Origin: Bugula neritina
Lineage: Eukaryota > Animalia > Bryozoa
Length of the DNA stretch: 64,000 nt
Assembly: GCA_964035545.1 (NCBI GenBank)
Contig: OZ037770.1
Span: forward strand, 7,570,973-7,634,972
Direction of reading: 5' to 3'
Every line of letters starts with the position of its first letter. Positions within the stretch are counted from its first letter, which is position 1. Shown piece after piece: positions 60,291-64,000 of the stretch. The position numbers were made by a program, and so were the translations under genes. The notes beneath the pieces are model-generated. The model saw nothing but the letters and a program-made list of their open reading frames with translations. It was not told the DNA's origin and searched no databases.

Positions 60291-61299
60291 TACCAAACAG
60301 AGAAACCAACCCTTCAGACTAGAGATTTATTAATAAAATCAGTACCAAGAGTCACTTAAACTAGTTTTCCGCACAATAGAATTCTAATCTAATCATCTTT
60401 TCAAGTGACTTTGTTTATTATTCAATAGTAACACCTGGTGTCATTGCGATTGATCAAACTAGTGATTCCAAGGTATTATTCAACAAGGCCTGAGTTTTGG
60501 TTCAACAAATTTTTACCACATTGTCGCCAAAATGACTAATCGGACACTACATTGCAAAAATGATAATGATAAAGTTTATGAGATTACCAGTTACAGCCAC
60601 ATTCATAGTTATACAATATTTAATCATTGCTGTATTTGTCACAGAGCATCAATATGACTAATCGCATTACTTAAAATTAGGGAGTTCGTGTTGCAATATA
60701 AAAATCAATGAGTGTGGGTATCATTTTGGGAGCATCAGTTTAACTGCCTGCAGCATTTCTTATGTGTTGATTCAATTTTAGATTGCTTGCATACAATTGA
60801 AACAAATTCAGTGGGTCAGTGCTTGTTTAAATTAGGAGCTGCATATAATTTTGATAGGCTATTGATATTATGGCTGATAGGTTGCATACTGAGCCAGATA
60901 GTATTGCTCAACTCCACTTTAAACTTAAATGCAATGTCTGCCCTAATCAAACTAAAACAACCTAATGCTAACAAGTCTCAGCTTCATTGAACATTTCCAT
61001 TGCCATATAAACATTTCCAACTGATTTACAAGATGAGGATTAAGGCTATATGCTGTTGTGATGAACAGTGAAATTAATTTTATTTAAATGTTTAGGCCAA
61101 GCACTTAACTACATCACCTTCAAAAACTAACATTTTAAAAAAGCCTTATCACATGCCAACATGAGAAAAAAAGATTAAAAGACAAGCCCAAAAGCTAAAA
61201 GCACAAGGCCTTATCCATGAAGTTTATGGTGCATGGAACTTGCATGTAGTGTTAGAACAAAAAATATGCAGACTGGAGGTTTTAAATTTACTATTGCAA

Positions 61300-62420
61300 G
61301 CTAAATTACGACACCCACAAAATCCATATTTCCCTTGTATAGATGATCGGCTGAATACATTAAAAAGCAGCAAATATTTCAGCACCTCATTTAACCAATG
61401 GTTATGTACAAATAAAACTGAAGAAAACAACAGAGTAGAACGCATCATTCCTAACAGGTTCTTGATTGTAAGAATAGTAAGTCTTTATTTTCGGATTGAC
61501 CACAACCACAACTACATTCAATTGGTTGATGGAAACTGTTCTGAGAGTTACATTGGCAAAAACTTTTTATATGTTTAGATGCCATTATAGCTTGTTGAAA
61601 AATATGTACTTATCGAAAAAAATAGCAGAGGTTTTCCAGCAATTAACAGTGGCCAGCTTTGAGCTGAAGCCCAAGAATTACACCTTGCTTTCAAAACAAG
61701 TCCATTATTCAGAGCACATGGTCAGTCAAAAAGGCATATCAAGAGTAACAAGTGAAAAAAGTACGGGAGTGTCCCAGCCACAAGACAAGACAGACATTAA
61801 AGCATTCCTCAACACATGTAAAGACTTGTCAATCCATTCCGCAAGTTGACAGGATCTGAGTCAGCTGTGTTCTAAGAATTTCAATGGCATAAAAATGCCA
61901 AATAGCTGTCAAAAAAGCTCAAACCTGGTCAAAACTCCTATTTGTTATACCTCAACTATGCTATGGAATTCATACTCAATATTGGGGTCAATCACGTTGG
62001 TACTCTAAGCCTTCCTAGCCAAGTCACTACACACAACTTGGGATTTGTTGCTTCTACAAAGATTGAATGGGATTAGAGCTACAACACACAACAACACAAA
62101 AGAAGCACGAAAGGTTGTAAAGCTGGGTAGAGAAGTGAAATTGCCGGCAGATTTATAGTTTTCACAACAAGATCTACATGAGCTGCTGATTGAAATTTTT
62201 TGGAAGAGCACAGAGATGGATGCAGCAAAAGATGGAAATGACTGAACCTGATGAAAAAACAGACTGCATTAGAATGAAGTGAGCGTGGTTTAAATGTTAT
62301 CAAAACCGAGAAGGGTACCAAGAAAACCCCCAAATTTGTGGGGCTTTATACCATGACCAAAGTGTTACTTTTACAGGATTACATGGGAAAAGTTGGCAGT
62401 TGGATCTTGCAGAAAGAAGT
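61300..62420 (+). mobile_element. Highly decayed third Gypsy pol fragment
   Basis: PYFPCIDDRLNTLKSSKYFST (PLPRIDD..L...KYFSTLD-like) and FELKPKNYTLLSKQVHYSEHMVSQKGI (LKLKPxKC..V.YLGH.VS..GI-like). Confidence 0.6.
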
Positions 62421-63760
62421 TGTATTTTCAATGCTTTCTGTAGTCTAGTACTTAGCTTTAATGCCTTTACTGCTGACATTGTGACGTAGCTATTGTAGCC
62501 TGTGTTTATGCTAGTTTATAATCACCCTTATCTACAAGCCAACAAGATTGAAAGGCCTTGAGCGTATTATGGATTATCAAGCTCTGTTGAATATTAAAAA
62601 CATCATGACTCAACATCAGCTGAAGGAAATGTGGAACAATAACTACAAACTCGCAGTAAAGGTTATTGATCCGAGACTTCATAGATCTAAAAAGGGGCGA
62701 ACATAGTTTCAATTGTCAGTAATAAAAAGGCTATCCGAAAAATGTTCAAAGATTGCTTAAAACTTTGGATTGGGTATCTAAACATTAATTTGCAGATTTA
62801 GAAACTCACTAAAGAACTTGCCATCAAATATATAAGACGATGACCACTTTATCAATAACTTTCTGAGTCAATGTCCCTCTGGAATATATCGAACCATCAA
62901 ATATAGAGGGGCATGGGGCAGAGATAGCTTCTTGCGACATCTTGTATGCGACATATTGAGCATCTATTTTAAATAATCAAACAGAGTTTTGAGTTTCGAC
63001 TTTTTTTCTTCCATTTTTGTTCATGCCTACTTATATTATAGCCAGTATTTACACTGAATTTCGCTACGTGTTGTCATGACTGTCATATGCAATAAATCAA
63101 TCAATCAATCAATAGTAGATACAACAATAAACATGGGAGAACAACAAAACCTATGTAGAAGCAATAAACACTGATCATAAAGCTTATCTATGAAACTGAA
63201 GCATGTTCCTGCTTTGTGAAAAAGATAACTCCTATCTCCATTCCCGTAACCACCAGGATATGAAAAAAACCTTGTAATACTATCAATAAACAGGCCTGCT
63301 AAAATGTCACCACTTGTGGTAACGGAGAAAAGCATGCCTGATATTGAGTGTAATGACATGAAACCGCCTGCCAAACGAGACAAAAATGAAAAAATGCAGC
63401 GCTTCTGCCTAGCCCAAGCATTGAAAAATCAACTAAAGAAGAGACTCTAACTGTAAAATCCCATGAAGTGGTTACTGTGACTAAAAAGTCAAGACCTCAT
63501 AATGCAGAAACAACCTTTGATGATACTTATTGAGACCAACTTCACAAAAACATAAATTTGTGCAATTTAGAGACAAAAGGACAAGCAGCTGCAAAGCTAT
63601 ATAGCAAGACACCTAGAACTGGCAACCCCCATAGGATAATTGTGACATACTTTTATACATTGGCATAGGCCACGCTAAGTGAACCCGTAAAACAAGGTGG
63701 GATGTTGTAAAAAATATCACTTGAATTATAGAAGAAAACATGTAGCATTTCAAGAAAGGC

Positions 63761-64000
63761 TGTGTAGTGTGGGGTGGACTTTGTAGTAGAATGAAGCTAT
63801 TGGTTAACGCCAAAGACGGGGCCACTAATACAGGGCGGCCATCTTGGGTTTAACACGCAAATAACACAGATGCACCAGAGCAACAAAACTAGACTTGCCA
63901 GATAATTCACACATTTCATTACTTGGTGTCAGAAGGATGGACAGTCATAGTAATATTAGTGACATGTGAAAGTTCACTTGCGTGTTGAAAATCAGAATGT
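63761..64000 (+). mobile_element. Probable start of another LTR retrotransposon (short LTR, PBS and gag start)
   Basis: TG-starting segment followed by tggtgtcagaag (63924-63935), a common Gypsy PBS, then an ATG; truncated by the window end. Confidence 0.45.

Noticed and set aside
62900-63760. Possible N-terminal remnant of another large DNA transposon (TAGAGGGG start, HWHRP-like peptide)
   Set aside because: Too degraded; no partner TIR or diagnostic motif within the window.

Overview
AT-rich, intron-containing animal (invertebrate-like) genomic DNA with no prokaryotic features. Three protein-coding genes can be spliced by hand with GT-AG introns and consistent phases: the 3' part of an ABCG half-transporter (+, 1135-9583), a PDE9 cGMP phosphodiesterase (-, 21662-10459, 12 coding exons) and HDAC8 (-, 52246-46546, 11 coding exons). 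The rest is transposon debris and tandem repeats. The transposons are a 5'-truncated Penelope-like element with a GIY-YIG ORF, inverted pLTR and minimal hammerhead ribozyme inside an ABCG intron, two Academ-type DNA transposons with TAG..CTA ends and 3-bp TSDs, several decayed Gypsy and RTE elements (53-64 kb), tRNA-derived SINEs and MITEs. The most unusual pattern is a set of minisatellites, each with its own unit (13-44 bp), that fill introns up to the splice sites. Several share a TACAGTATAT core and some appear to come from duplication of the splice junction itself. Arrays in the apparently intergenic 28-34 kb region sit beside phase-compatible candidate exons of an unannotated minus-strand transcript. 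All calls were made by eye, without database searches.
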